A DNA stretch of 64,000 nt from Candidatus Bathyarchaeota archaeon (GCA_963806535.1 CAWDYC010000007.1:1-64000); one strand, 5' to 3'. Shown: positions 1 through 9,763, counted from the first letter of the stretch. Notes: generated by a model not told the origin, from the letters alone. Translations and numbers: made by a program.

Positions 1-643
1 CTTAGCGAGCTGTCTTATCCTAAGCCGTTTTCTCTTAAAGAATTTGAAGAGGAAATGCAGGAACTCAGTGTTATGGTAATGGATACAAGATTGCCTTACG
101 CCTATGCTGGGTCACATATTCCGAACTCTTTAAGCATGTGGCTTGGGGGAACCAGCGTTTATCCAGGTTGGTTACTGAGAACCCAACCAATACATCGTTT
201 TTGTCCTTGAACGCCCCAGTGACATCGACATTGTAGCCCCTCGACTGCGCCGATTGGGTTTTGATAATATGTGCGGCTACCTCTGCGGAGGCATAAATGA
301 ATGGCAAGAAGCAGGAAAACCCATCAACCGAGTAAGTACAATGTCGGCTCTCGATCTCAAAAGAAAACTGGAGAAAAGTGAAGTTTTACTTTTGGATGTT
401 CGGGAACCAGATGAATGGAAAGAGGATGGGATTGTAGAAGATGCAAAATGTATTCATTTTGCAGACTTACCAGACAAAATAGATTCTTTGCCAAAAAGCA
501 AGCCGATTGCTGTGACATGCTCTGTTGGAAACCGCGCAAGCACCGCCGCAAGCATATTGGAAAGAGAAGGCTTTACTGATGTGAGCAATGTACTTGGTGG
601 AATGACCGCTTGGACAAACCTCGGTTATCCAATAAAAAAATAG
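1..643 (+). CDS. Tandem rhodanese-domain protein, probably the C-terminal part of an MBL-fold hydrolase/rhodanese fusion; 5' truncated by the window, frameshift near 180
   Basis: Frame 1 from base 1 reads ..VMDTRLPYAYAGSHIPNSL.. (rhodanese). A second frame continues into ORF 254-643 with LLDVREPDEW, CSVGNRAS and LGGMTAW. Confidence 0.8.
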
Positions 644-656
644 ATCTGTTCGCCGA

Positions 657-1382
657 TTACTCTTTTTTGGTGTCTTGCATTCCTAATGCCATTCTGCTGG
701 CTTTGTCCTTGGGCTCTAAGAGTTCATTGACTAAGTTGTATTGACGTTTGTAAATATGGCAGTTCTTTGAGTGAAAAATCAGTTTGCCCGTTTTCAAACC
801 GAGATTTGCTCTCTCATTGATTTCAGAAACAAAAGCCTCATTAAACATTTGTAAGCCGGCAATGTTTGCTGGTAAACCTGCATAGGCATCCCACGATCGG
901 AAATAGCATGTTAAATGCATTTTGCCCTCAAGAAGTTCTGTGTCAATGAGACTAAGACAGGGAGGTTCATGGCGTTCTTTAGTACCTGGACGAAACAGTT
1001 TGATGTCGTCAGGCAGTCTTACAACCATCGTTATTTGTCGGTCATTTTGCTCTTTTACGTAGCGCTGGATAGCCTCTTCGACTTGGTCAACAGGCTCTCT
1101 TAGTCTACTACCGTAAGTGTAAGTCTCATCCTGTTTTCCTTCTCCGCACCACAAGTACGTTAACGCATACCATTGAACATACTTCATATCGCAAGGCGCC
1201 TTGTCCGCAACAAGCGGCCGGTTTTCTGGACTTGTAATTTCGATTGATAAGTTAAGTTTCTTAGTTTCAGTTACTTCAGAACCGTAACCTACATTGAAGT
1301 TTTCGCCCTCTTTCCAAATTTGGTTTAACGTTTTGAACCAAGCGTCAGGGCAATCGAAGGCATTGATCTTGACATGCTTCAT
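657..1382 (-). CDS. thyA: Thymidylate synthase, archaeal type
   Basis: YTYGSRL, catalytic PPCL, YFRSWD..GLPAN and HIY motifs. Start placed at the ATG of MKHVKI. Confidence 0.85.
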   Translation of the reverse strand: MKHVKINAFDCPDAWFKTLNQIWKEGENFNVGYGSEVTETKKLNLSIEITSPENRPLVADKAPCDMKYVQWYALTYLWCGEGKQDETYTYGSRLREPVDQVEEAIQRYVKEQNDRQITMVVRLPDDIKLFRPGTKERHEPPCLSLIDTELLEGKMHLTCYFRSWDAYAGLPANIAGLQMFNEAFVSEINERANLGLKTGKLIFHSKNCHIYKRQYNLVNELLEPKDKASRMALGMQDTKKE

Positions 1383-1506
1383 AGTAGGTCTCCAAGATAC
1401 CGAATAATGTCTATTCATTTGAATAATAAGTTTACTAAAAATGACTAAAAACAAAAACGACGTAAAAGTCTTTTTGAAAAATTAAAAAAGAAGAAAAGTT
1501 TGGGTT

Positions 1507-3175
1507 TTAGTAGGGCATTCCGCCGCCCATTCCACCCATTCCACCCATACCGCCCATTCCTCCAGGAGGCATTGGGGGCATTTTGCCGCCGCCTTTTATG
1601 CTGATTAAGTCGTCGATTTTCAGTATCATGTTTGCTGCTTCTGTGGCTGATTTTATAACTTGCTGCTTTACACGGAGTGGCTCAATGACTAGTAGGTCTT
1701 TCATGTTTTTGATTTTTCCAGTGGAAACTTCTATTCCGAAGTATTGGCTTTCAGGTTTCTCGTGTTGTGCTCTGAGTGCTACCATGATGTCTATGGGGTC
1801 TAAGCCTGCATTCTCGGCTAATGTTAGTGGAATTGACTTCAATTGCATCGGCATATGCTTCTACTGCAAGTTGCTCTCGTCCGCCCACTTTAACTGCATA
1901 AGCTCGTAGGCCTTTGGCAAGTTCTGCTTCTGGTGCACCGCCGCCTGCAACGATTTTGCCGTCTTCTATTGCATTGCGTACAACGCATAAACCGTCGTGT
2001 AGTGAACGTTCTGCTTCATCAATAACTTGGTTGGATGCGCCTCTGATGACGATGGTTACAGCTTTTGGATTTTTGGCTTCTCGAACATAAAGAAGTTTAT
2101 CGTCGCCGATTTTTACTTCTTCAACACGTTTAGCTTTGCCAAGAACGTCAGCTCTAATGTCTTTTACGTTTGCAACTATTTGGGCGCCTGTAGCTTTGGA
2201 TAGTTTTTCTATGTCGCTGCTGCTTACGCTTTTAACAGCAAGAACTCCAGCTTTGCCAAGAAAATGCAGTGCCGTATCATCTATACCTTTTTCGCAGAAG
2301 ACAACGTTGGCGCCAGCTTTTGTAACTGAAGTAACCATTTCTTTGAGCATGCGTTCCTCTTCGTCGAGGAAAAGTTGCATTTGATTTGGACTTTCAATGT
2401 TTATTTTAGCGTCAAACTCTGTTTTTTCAATTTCCATCTTTGCATTCAACAGAACGATTTTAGCGCCTTCAATGATTTTTGGCATTTGTGAGCTTGCAAT
2501 TTCTTTGTCGATTACCATGCCTTTGACAAGTTCTGTTTCATCTAGGCTTTTTCCATGTTTCTTAACGACTTTTATTAGGTCAATGTCCGATACGTATTTG
2601 CCGTCTATTTTTTCTGTTACTTGTTTTACTGCTTCAACGATGATTTTTGCGAAGTGGTCTTCTGCAACGTTAATGCCTTTGCTAGATAGGGATGTGATTG
2701 CTAAATCCCTCAGAGTTTTGTCATCATCAATTGAAATGGGAATTGCGATTTTATCTAAAATTTCTTGAGCTTTCTCACTTGCTTTCTTAAAACCTTCAAT
2801 TATGACGGTTGGATGAACGTTTTTGTCAACCAAACTTTCGGCTTTTGAAAGTAATTCGCCCGCCAAAATCACTGCAGTTGTTGTTCCGTCGCCGACTTCG
2901 TTGTCTTGAGCTTTTGCAACTTCAACGAGCATTTTTCCTGCTGGATGTTGAATGTCAAGCTCTTTCATTATAGTTGCGCCGTCATTGGTTATGGCAACAT
3001 CGCCCATGCTGTTAACAAGCATTTTATCCATACCGCATGGACCAAGCGTGCTTTTTACTGATTCAGCAACTATTTTTGCCGCCATGATATTGTTTTTTAG
3101 TGCTTCGCGACCGGTTGATCGGCCTGTGCCTTCTTTTAATACTAGAACTGGAATGTTTCCTCCACCTTGAGACAT
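1507..3175 (-). CDS. ths: Thermosome (group II chaperonin) subunit; one frameshift near 1845 splits it into ORFs 1751-3187 and 1507-1854
   Basis: [39 protein letters not shown] and a C-terminal GGM repeat tail. Confidence 0.95.
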
Positions 3176-3321
3176 AATTTTCACCAATAGTTTATTTTTG
3201 AGTAATAACGGAATTCATCAATCGAATATTTAAATATAAATTTTTCTCATGAGATAAATATTAGAATACATAGCGAAAATTCAGAATTCTTTAATTTTAG
3301 CTTAGTGAGAGGTGACTATAA

Positions 3322-3660
3322 GTGAGTAAATTGACCGATGGCGACAAAGCATAGCTCTTGGGGTTTGAAAGCGGAAGAAACTTTTATAACTCAAAAATGA
3401 AGAACCGCGAAGTCACAGAAAAAACCTATACTCGCTGGTTTAAGAAATACTCTGACGATTTAGGTAAAACTCCAGATGAATTGCTTTTACTAAAGCCTAA
3501 CGTGGTTGAGGTTGCATTGATGATTCAGAAAGGCATAACGCGATAAATCTGAATGAAGCCGATAAAGTTCTTGAGAATTACATAGAGAACGATGAGATAA
3601 CTCAAAGTAATAAACTATTGATTTTAACAACTGTGAAAAGTTTCTATTCAGCCAACTTAA
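3322..3660 (+). pseudogene. Decayed N-terminal (core-binding) part of an archaeal tyrosine recombinase/integrase
   Basis: GAGGTGA RBS, GTG at 3322, in-frame TAG at 3352, then TEKTYTRWFKKYSDDLGKTPDELL. After a frameshift near 3543: EADKVLENYI...ILTTVKSFYSAN. This resembles integrase N-termini. No catalytic domain follows. Confidence 0.55.
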
Positions 3661-3809
3661 TAAGAATAAGATACGGAAAATATGTTTCGATGTCCTAAAT
3701 TTGAAAGTTCCTTGACGGGAACTGAAGTTCATATTTATTCTATTTTTCTATTGTGCGATTCAGACGGTTTAATACATCAAAAATAGGAATGTGAGTTTGT
3801 AAGAAAATA

Positions 3810-3855
3810 TGACTACACCAAGTCAAGAATCTTTTACGAGAAGGCTTTTATCGCT
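3810..3855 (+). promoter_or_regulatory. Repeated upstream element copy 1: TGACT-N6-AGTCAAGA palindrome plus BRE/TATA-like CTTTTATCGC
   Basis: tgact acacca agtcaaga atcttttacgagaaggcttttatcgct, about 20 nt before ATG 3875. Homologous to the copies at 4609 and 6940. Confidence 0.75.
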
Positions 3856-3874
3856 ACGGCTTTTAACAACTAGT

Positions 3875-4511
3875 ATGCGAAACAAAGTCAAAACTTTTCT
3901 TTTACTTGTTGGAATATTTCTTTGCCTAACCAGTCTGCTTCTGCCTTGGTGGAGAATGAGCGCTTCGACACAAAATTCGGGTTATGATGGTCATAGTGTG
4001 GGGTATGGAGTAGACGCTTCCGCTAATTTGTATTCTTTGACGGGTGGTGTAGGGTTCTGTCGAAGTGTCGGTGAGGATGATTATAAAATTGCGATTACAA
4101 ATGAAGGAGTAGAATATTGGTTTGGGTGGACTGCGCTTACATTAATCAGCTTGGGGATAATATTAGCTATAGTGGGAAATAATAAGTTACGAACTAGAAA
4201 ATGCCTCATGAGTTTTGATTCTTATCGGTATTCTAGTTTATCCTCTTGGACTGGAATTAAGCTTGAATTCAGAGTGGTTAGTAGGGAACCAACAATCTTA
4301 TTCAAATTTTCAAGTTCTAAATGCATTGTCAGGAAGCTTAGGTAACAGTTATTTTGGCTTATTCTCTTCAGGCACAGGTACTCAACAATTGCCAGCAATG
4401 TCATTTCGAGGAGAATTATTTTTCCCTAATGTAACTATGTATTATATGAGCTATCTTTCGGATGGATTTTTTACTGCCATTATCGGTGTTGTTTTGTTGG
4501 CTTTGGCGTAA
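3875..4511 (+). CDS. Hypothetical multi-pass membrane protein; frameshift near 4200-4220 joins ORFs 3809-4345 and 4215-4511
   Basis: Hydrophobic N-terminus ending LLLPWW, several TM segments, and a continuous membrane-protein character across the two frames. Confidence 0.6.
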
Positions 4512-4552
4512 ATAAAGGTAAAACCAGAAAGTCCTTCTAATTGTAGGTTATG

Positions 4553-4669
4553 GACCTTTTCCCAAGCAACTGTATATCCATCTCTGTTTGGTTGTTTGGT
4601 CAAGAAAGTTTGACTTGCCTTAGTCAAGAGGTTTAACGAATAACCTTTTATCGCCAAGAAATACCGTAT
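4553..4669 (+). promoter_or_regulatory. Downstream motif GACCTTTTCCCAAGCAA (4553-4569), followed by upstream element copy 2 (4609-4655)
   Basis: The 17-mer is 16/17 identical to 5653-5669. tttgact tgcctt agtcaaga ggtttaacgaataaccttttatcgcc precedes ATG 4679. Confidence 0.75.
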
Positions 4670-4678
4670 ATTTGCTAT

Positions 4679-5653
4679 ATGGGTAATATCAGTAAATCCT
4701 TTGTTGTATTACTTATCGCCTTATCTCTTATGCCAATGGTCACTCTCCAACAAACCGTAAATGCTCAAAACTCACAAAATGCTCTACCTCCAACAGAGTG
4801 GCAAAATAGCTATAGTAATAATGAATCAGGTTTTATGGGTGGGTTTGAGTCAGCTTCCAATGTTATCCAAACTGCGGATGGTGGATATGCTTTCATGGAT
4901 TTAGGTTGGTCACACTCGGTTAGCTTTCAGCCAGCTACCGTTTACAAACTAAATTCAACTGGTTTTATAGAATGGAAAAAAACAATTGATGACCTTCAAG
5001 CCAAAACTATTATACAAACAAATGATGGTGGATTTGAAATAACGGGCTGGTGGTCATCTTATGGTACAACTTACCAATTTACTCCCAATCTGGTTAAGAC
5101 CGATTCCCAAGCCAATATTCAATGGGTTGAGAATTATTCGAGTGACGGGATTGAGAACCCTTCAAATCTTCCTAATCTTGGCGTTACTTACCCTGTTTGG
5201 GAGCACGGAGGTTCTTATTCTACAGTTGGAAGCATTAAAACCAGCGATGGCGGATTTGCTCATTGGTCTCTTGGAAACATTACCAAGACCGATTCTTACA
5301 ACGACACTCAATGGGTAGAAAACATAACTTATGTTAGCGATAGAGGAGTTTCTCCTCTTGGATTAACATCTGTTATTGAAACATCGGATGGAGCACTTGT
5401 GTCATTAGGTGTTGGATACTATTCAATTAGTAATTCATTGACAGGCAAAATTTATTTAACGAAGACAAAACCATTTCTGCCTATACCTTCACCCACTCAA
5501 TTGCCAACTCCTTTGGCAACGCCTTCTTTATCAATAAGTAGTTTAGTAGCTAAACTAGCGATTCCAATACTTGTCGTTTCAATTTTAGCAATTATAATTA
5601 TCTCTTTGCTGCTTTATAGCAGGCATCGAAAAACCTCTAAACTAAATCGATAG
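4679..5653 (+). CDS. Secreted, C-terminally anchored protein with QTxDGG repeats (beta-propeller-like)
   Basis: Signal peptide; repeats IQTADGGY, IQTNDGGF, IKTSDGGF, IETSDGAL; P/T-rich linker; TM helix and basic RHRKT tail. Confidence 0.8.
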   Translation: MGNISKSFVVLLIALSLMPMVTLQQTVNAQNSQNALPPTEWQNSYSNNESGFMGGFESASNVIQTADGGYAFMDLGWSHSVSFQPATVYKLNSTGFIEWKKTIDDLQAKTIIQTNDGGFEITGWWSSYGTTYQFTPNLVKTDSQANIQWVENYSSDGIENPSNLPNLGVTYPVWEHGGSYSTVGSIKTSDGGFAHWSLGNITKTDSYNDTQWVENITYVSDRGVSPLGLTSVIETSDGALVSLGVGYYSISNSLTGKIYLTKTKPFLPIPSPTQLPTPLATPSLSISSLVAKLAIPILVVSILAIIIISLLLYSRHRKTSKLNR

Positions 5654-5669
5654 ACCTTTTCTCAAGCAA
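5653..5669 (+). repeat. Second copy of the 17-bp downstream motif, GACCTTTTCTCAAGCAA, between convergent stop codons
   Basis: Direct match to 4553-4569. Confidence 0.7.
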
Positions 5670-5671
5670 GG

Positions 5672-6919
5672 TTATTTTTGCCACTTATGTTTCTTGAAGT
5701 AAACCAACAACCCAGCGGCTAATGCAACCACTATAATAATTGCTGAAATAATGACTGCAAATTGTAAAGGTGAAATTTTCGAAGTAGATGTTATAGTTGG
5801 CAGAGAAATATCGACTTGTTGAGTAAGCGGATGATGGTCAATATTGTTTTGGTCAATATCGTATGTTCCGCCACCATTATAGTCAAACCAATAATTGCCG
5901 ATTGCACCGTTATCCCATGAAACAATTGCTGTTCCAGTTGTATAGTTTACCAGATATGTGGAGTTTTCGCCTGACCATTTATGCTCAACATTAGCGTTTT
6001 TGGAATTATTGATGAAATTGTTGTTATAGATTAAGTTGTTTGACCCTAGAAATGGTGATTCACTCGTTCGGTCAGGGTAGTCAATCACAAAGTTTCGCAG
6101 GTTAATACCGTTGGTATTCCCGACGATGTAGTTATCATAAACTGCTGAATCGTTACTATTGGCATCGAACTCAACGCCGTACCCATAGTCTTTAGAATCA
6201 CTATCATACCCAGTATTGAATGTTATGTTATTAGCAAAAACATTAGCATTCAAAGCATACTTCAGCGATATGCCAAAAGTATTATTTGTTATCTGATTGT
6301 TAAAAACCTTGACATTCTTTCCAGATAATTCCAAGCACCCAAGGTTGCCCGAAAATACGTTGTTGGAGACAATTCCATCGACAGAATTAATACTGACCTC
6401 AGTTGAACCTCTTTCTCTATTGCTTGAAAAATAATTCTTAGAAATCACCAAATTGCTAACTTCGCCAGCGCTTATGGCAAAGGGGTTTCCAAGAAACTTA
6501 TTACCTATAATTTGAATATTTGAGCATTTAGTGTCTTCATATACTGTAATGGCGACTACACAACTAACAAAAGTAAGGTTGCAAACACTCACATCAGAGG
6601 AGTAAATCTTAATTGTGTTATATGTCCCTGCCCAACCATGGGGTTGAGGTTCGCCATGGATTATTGTTTTGTTCCAGTCTTCTCCTATCAATGATAGCGG
6701 TTTTCTAATTTCCACAGAATAACAATAGTATTCTCCTTTTTTTACAAAAACCTTGTCTCCTGCACTTGCATTGCTTACAGCCGATTGGATAGTTGGGTAT
6801 TGTTCTGGAACAATGAGGGTTCTGGTTTGGGCTTTAACGGTGAAAGATGGTAGCAAAACTAAGGACATTATGAATAATAGAACAAGCAACAATGCGAAAC
6901 TCTTGCCGATATTGCCCAT
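5672..6919 (-). CDS. Secreted NosD/CASH right-handed parallel beta-helix protein with C-terminal TM anchor
   Basis: IVPEQYPTIQSAV..A..GD.VFVKKG.Y, Asn-rich beta-helix repeats, WDNG..GNYW.DY..D.HPL, TM followed by FKKHK. Confidence 0.85.
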   Translation of the reverse strand: MGNIGKSFALLLVLLFIMSLVLLPSFTVKAQTRTLIVPEQYPTIQSAVSNASAGDKVFVKKGEYYCYSVEIRKPLSLIGEDWNKTIIHGEPQPHGWAGTYNTIKIYSSDVSVCNLTFVSCVVAITVYEDTKCSNIQIIGNKFLGNPFAISAGEVSNLVISKNYFSSNRERGSTEVSINSVDGIVSNNVFSGNLGCLELSGKNVKVFNNQITNNTFGISLKYALNANVFANNITFNTGYDSDSKDYGYGVEFDANSNDSAVYDNYIVGNTNGINLRNFVIDYPDRTSESPFLGSNNLIYNNNFINNSKNANVEHKWSGENSTYLVNYTTGTAIVSWDNGAIGNYWFDYNGGGTYDIDQNNIDHHPLTQQVDISLPTITSTSKISPLQFAVIISAIIIVVALAAGLLVYFKKHKWQK

Positions 6920-6939
6920 ATTTAATGTTAGAAACTATT

Positions 6940-6988
6940 AGCGATAAAAGGCTATTCGTAAAAGTCTCTTGACTGATTTTAGTCAAGG
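6940..6988 (-). promoter_or_regulatory. Repeated upstream element copy 3 (reverse strand)
   Basis: Reverse complement reads ccttgact aaaatc agtcaaga gacttttacgaatagccttttatcgct, about 20 nt before ATG 6919. Confidence 0.75.
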
Positions 6989-7265
6989 TTTGAGACTGGA
7001 TAAAAACTAATTTCAGGTTCAGAAAATTGTTATTTTTATGGCGATTTTGCAGTGATTAAAACCTTATTTTCAAATATAAGTAGCAATTTCCAAAACTGAA
7101 TTCGTGTTTTCACACAGTCTCGTTATTGACTAGGCTGTAGCTTTTTGGTTTAGATTTCTCAAATAGCTTTTTGTTATTTTCGTTACTCTATTTTGGCTGG
7201 TAATCTATTGTCTTCTATTTCTTTAAGCTGCCAAACCCTGAAGCAGAGACGGCTCAAACTTTCTA

Positions 7266-7349
7266 TACGTTCAAAACATGCAAGTACACGTCAAGTATGC
7301 CCAGATTCACGTCAAAACAGCGCAGAACCACGTCAAATTTCTTCACAAC
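7266..7349 (+). repeat. Phased short repeat CACGTCAA with 21-bp period
   Basis: CACGTCAA at 7287, 7308 and 7329; degenerate TACGTTCAA at 7266. Confidence 0.55.
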
Positions 7350-7514
7350 TTCAAAAGCAAAACACCGCCAAATCCAATCTTTCTCCAATTCAAGCCTTTT
7401 CCAAGCCTATTCCAAAACGAAACAGCGCAAAATTGAAGAAAAAGCTTCAAATTTAAAATTTCTAATCTTTCAAAAAAGAATGCAGATTTCAAAAACCCAG
7501 ACACTGAACTCGAT

Positions 7515-7735
7515 CTAAGGAGTCAGCCTTGCTCGATCCCGCGGATACGGGGTTACTTCTCGGATATTCTTTTTTCCGCTCAGAATCATCGTTAAACCAT
7601 TAACGCCAAATTGCCCAGCCGACATGAGGTGGTATTCCATAGTCGAATGCTTGCAGATGATATTTGAAGAATTCAGAGTTATGCCCTTTCTCCTACATCC
7701 TCGGCATTAACAGGTCTTTCTGTCTAATTCTTGTA
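7515..7735 (-). pseudogene. aspS: Decayed 3' fragment of aspartyl-tRNA synthetase
   Basis: Manual translation across two frameshifts and a TAG: TRIDRKDLLMPRM*EKGHNSEFFKYHLQAFDYGIPPHVGWAIGVNGLTMILSGKKNIREVTPYPRDRARLTP*. This matches the archaeal AspRS C-terminus (YG.PPH.G...G; NIRE...FPRD..RL.P). Confidence 0.85.
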
Positions 7736-7779
7736 TCGCATGGAACAAACTCAATATTCTATTAAATTCATATGTTGCG

Positions 7780-8842
7780 TTATTCGGTCTTAATTATGTG
7801 GTAGCTGGATGCTTTGCGAAGTCTATTCATGACAGCTAAGCCCATACCTTCAGAAGGAATACCCTTCAGTGATAATGACATCAACGTTTTCGGCGTCAAC
7901 TTCTCTTAATAAGCGAAATAAGTTTTGCGCAATAATTGGCAAACTGAATCGGCTACCAAGAGATTTAACCACGGCGGCCTTGTACGATTTTTGAGTTTCA
8001 TCGGTAGCCAAAATCCCTACTTTTGAACCTCTAAGCGCGTAAGAATCAGCTAGTTCTTGAATTCTGCTTTTAACAGTTGAAACTGTTCCTTCGACCAAAA
8101 TGACTTCTGCTTTTGGCGCGTAATGCCTATGTTTCATTCCGGGAGACTTTATCTTTTCAAGAGGCAGTTCCTTTTCTGCTTCAACAAAGGGATGAAGCTG
8201 CACGTTGCCAAAAACTTGCTTCAACGCTTCAAATGTTGTTCCGCCAGGACGAAGAACCATCGGAGGATCAACACTCAAATCTAAAACTGTAGATTCGACA
8301 CCGATTTTGGTCGGGCCTCCGTCAATGATGGCGTCGATTCTTCCGTTGAGGTCTTCATAAACATGCTTTGCGGTTGTTGGACTGGGTTTGCCTGCCAGAT
8401 TCGCGCTTGGCGCAGCGATGGGACAATTGCTTTGTTTGATTAGTGCGAGGGCTACTTTGTGTTTTGGCATTCGAATTGCAACCGTCTCTAAACCCGCAAC
8501 TGTTTCTTTTGGAACTATGTTTGAACGCTTAAAAATTAGGGTTAACGGGCCAGGCCAAAACTCTTTCATAATCAATTCAGCTTTCCGCGGCACTTCACGC
8601 GATAGCTTGTAAACTTCGTTTGTGTCTGCAATATGGATTATTGGAGGGTTATCTAACGGTCTTTTTTTAGCTTCAAAAAGCGCCAGAACCGCATCTGGGT
8701 TGAGGGCATTTGCGCCTAAACCGTAGACAGTTTCAGTTGGAAAAGCTACCAAACCGCCGTTTTGAATAATTTTGGCCGCAATCTGAATTTTTTCTAGGTC
8801 AGGATTTTCCGAGTTGACTTTTAAGAGAAGAGTTTGTTTCAT
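7780..8842 (-). CDS. sua5: L-threonylcarbamoyladenylate synthase Sua5 (YrdC plus SUA5 domain); frameshift near 7862
   Basis: VAFPTETVYGLGA, K.RP.DNP.I.H, APSAN..G.PSPT, SPGMKHRHYAP. The other frame gives the end EGMGLAVMNRLRKASS...* at 7780. Confidence 0.92.
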
Positions 8843-9345
8843 TGGAGTTGCCTTTTTAGTTCAAGTACTACTGATGTTTCAATTTGGCGTTCAGTAATGC
8901 ACCAATATTTTTTTAAGAGTTTATTTTTTTCTTCTTCACATACAAGTTGGAACCCATGTTTTTCATAAAATTTTATTGCCCAACCTGCAGCTTCCCACGT
9001 TCCGACGTACACACTTGAGGTTTGAACTAAACTGAGCAAGTGGTTGAGGAGTTTTTCGCCGAGTCCTATTCGCTGGTAATTTGTCAACACATAAGCATGC
9101 CTGATTAACGTTACATCACTGACCCGTTGTATCCCCATTACGGCAATCAATTCACCTTTTTCTTTTAAGCCATAAAATTGGACGCCTCTTTGGATTTCTT
9201 CTTTGAGCTCTTGCGCTGGCATGTAAGGAATTTTCCACATATCCGTTGGGATTTTTCCATTGTAAATCATTGCGGCATCATTCACTACCGTCAAGATGGT
9301 TTGAAAATCAACGTCGGTTAATTTACAAATCATCGGGGCTTTCAC
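8839..9345 (-). CDS. GNAT family N-acetyltransferase
   Basis: YVLTNYQRIGLGEKLL acetyl-CoA motif and AIKFYEKHGF. Confidence 0.85.
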   Translation of the reverse strand: MKAPMICKLTDVDFQTILTVVNDAAMIYNGKIPTDMWKIPYMPAQELKEEIQRGVQFYGLKEKGELIAVMGIQRVSDVTLIRHAYVLTNYQRIGLGEKLLNHLLSLVQTSSVYVGTWEAAGWAIKFYEKHGFQLVCEEEKNKLLKKYWCITERQIETSVVLELKRQLQ

Positions 9346-9376
9346 GGTTTAAATTCTGCAGGAAAATGGCTGATTT

Positions 9377-9763
9377 TTAAGTTGCGGTTGGTTCCTTCTG
9401 GCTTTCGGATTTGATAAGTTTGTCAAGTAAATGCATGAAGAATTCTTGCGCCTGAATTTCACCTATTTTTTCTAAGTAAACCGAAACCATAGCGATTTTT
9501 CCCTTCTTAGAAGCAACATATTCTGCAAACATCCTTGCAGAAATTTCATTCTTATCTCCTAAAAGCACAGAGGAAGTTGCTGCACCAATCGAGTCTTTAC
9601 TTTTAGGAACAGCAATTGCCAAGGTTCCAAGTTTATCTTCTTTTTCGCTAAGCATAATCATGCATGAGTTTTTCGCTTCCACGTACACTGCAAGAAAACG
9701 CATGTCTTTTTCTTGTATTTCTTCCTTAACGACTTTGGCACGTTCCACTCGTTTTTCCCTCAA
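9377..9763 (-). CDS. Conserved archaeal protein, proteasome-assembly-chaperone-4-like
   Basis: LGTLAIAVP...SSVLLGD....ARMFAE...GK..MVS pattern. The family call is recalled, not searched. Confidence 0.45.
   Translation of the reverse strand: MREKRVERAKVVKEEIQEKDMRFLAVYVEAKNSCMIMLSEKEDKLGTLAIAVPKSKDSIGAATSSVLLGDKNEISARMFAEYVASKKGKIAMVSVYLEKIGEIQAQEFFMHLLDKLIKSESQKEPTAT

Noticed and set aside
1510-1580. Short tandem repeat (CCACCCATT)n
   Set aside because: It encodes the normal GGM tail of chaperonins.
1835-1860. Programmed frameshift or split thermosome gene
   Set aside because: No slippery heptamer is evident, and similar single-base indels occur in many unrelated genes; sequencing error is simpler.
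3810-6988. Classical integron attC sites or a CRISPR array
   Set aside because: No RYYYAAC/GTTRRRY-bounded hairpins were recognised, and the repeats are separated by whole genes rather than 30-40 bp spacers.
7393-7407. Third copy of the 17-bp downstream motif (GCCTTTTCCAAGCC)
   Set aside because: Too degenerate and not positioned after a supported gene.
7193-7518. ORFs 7193-7456 and 7297-7518 as real genes
   Set aside because: Low-complexity basic sequences with no recognisable motif; cannot be supported without a homology search.
7518-7620. Possible tRNA or structured RNA (GC-richer patch)
   Set aside because: No cloverleaf or TTCGA arm; it is explained by the minus-strand aspS remnant.
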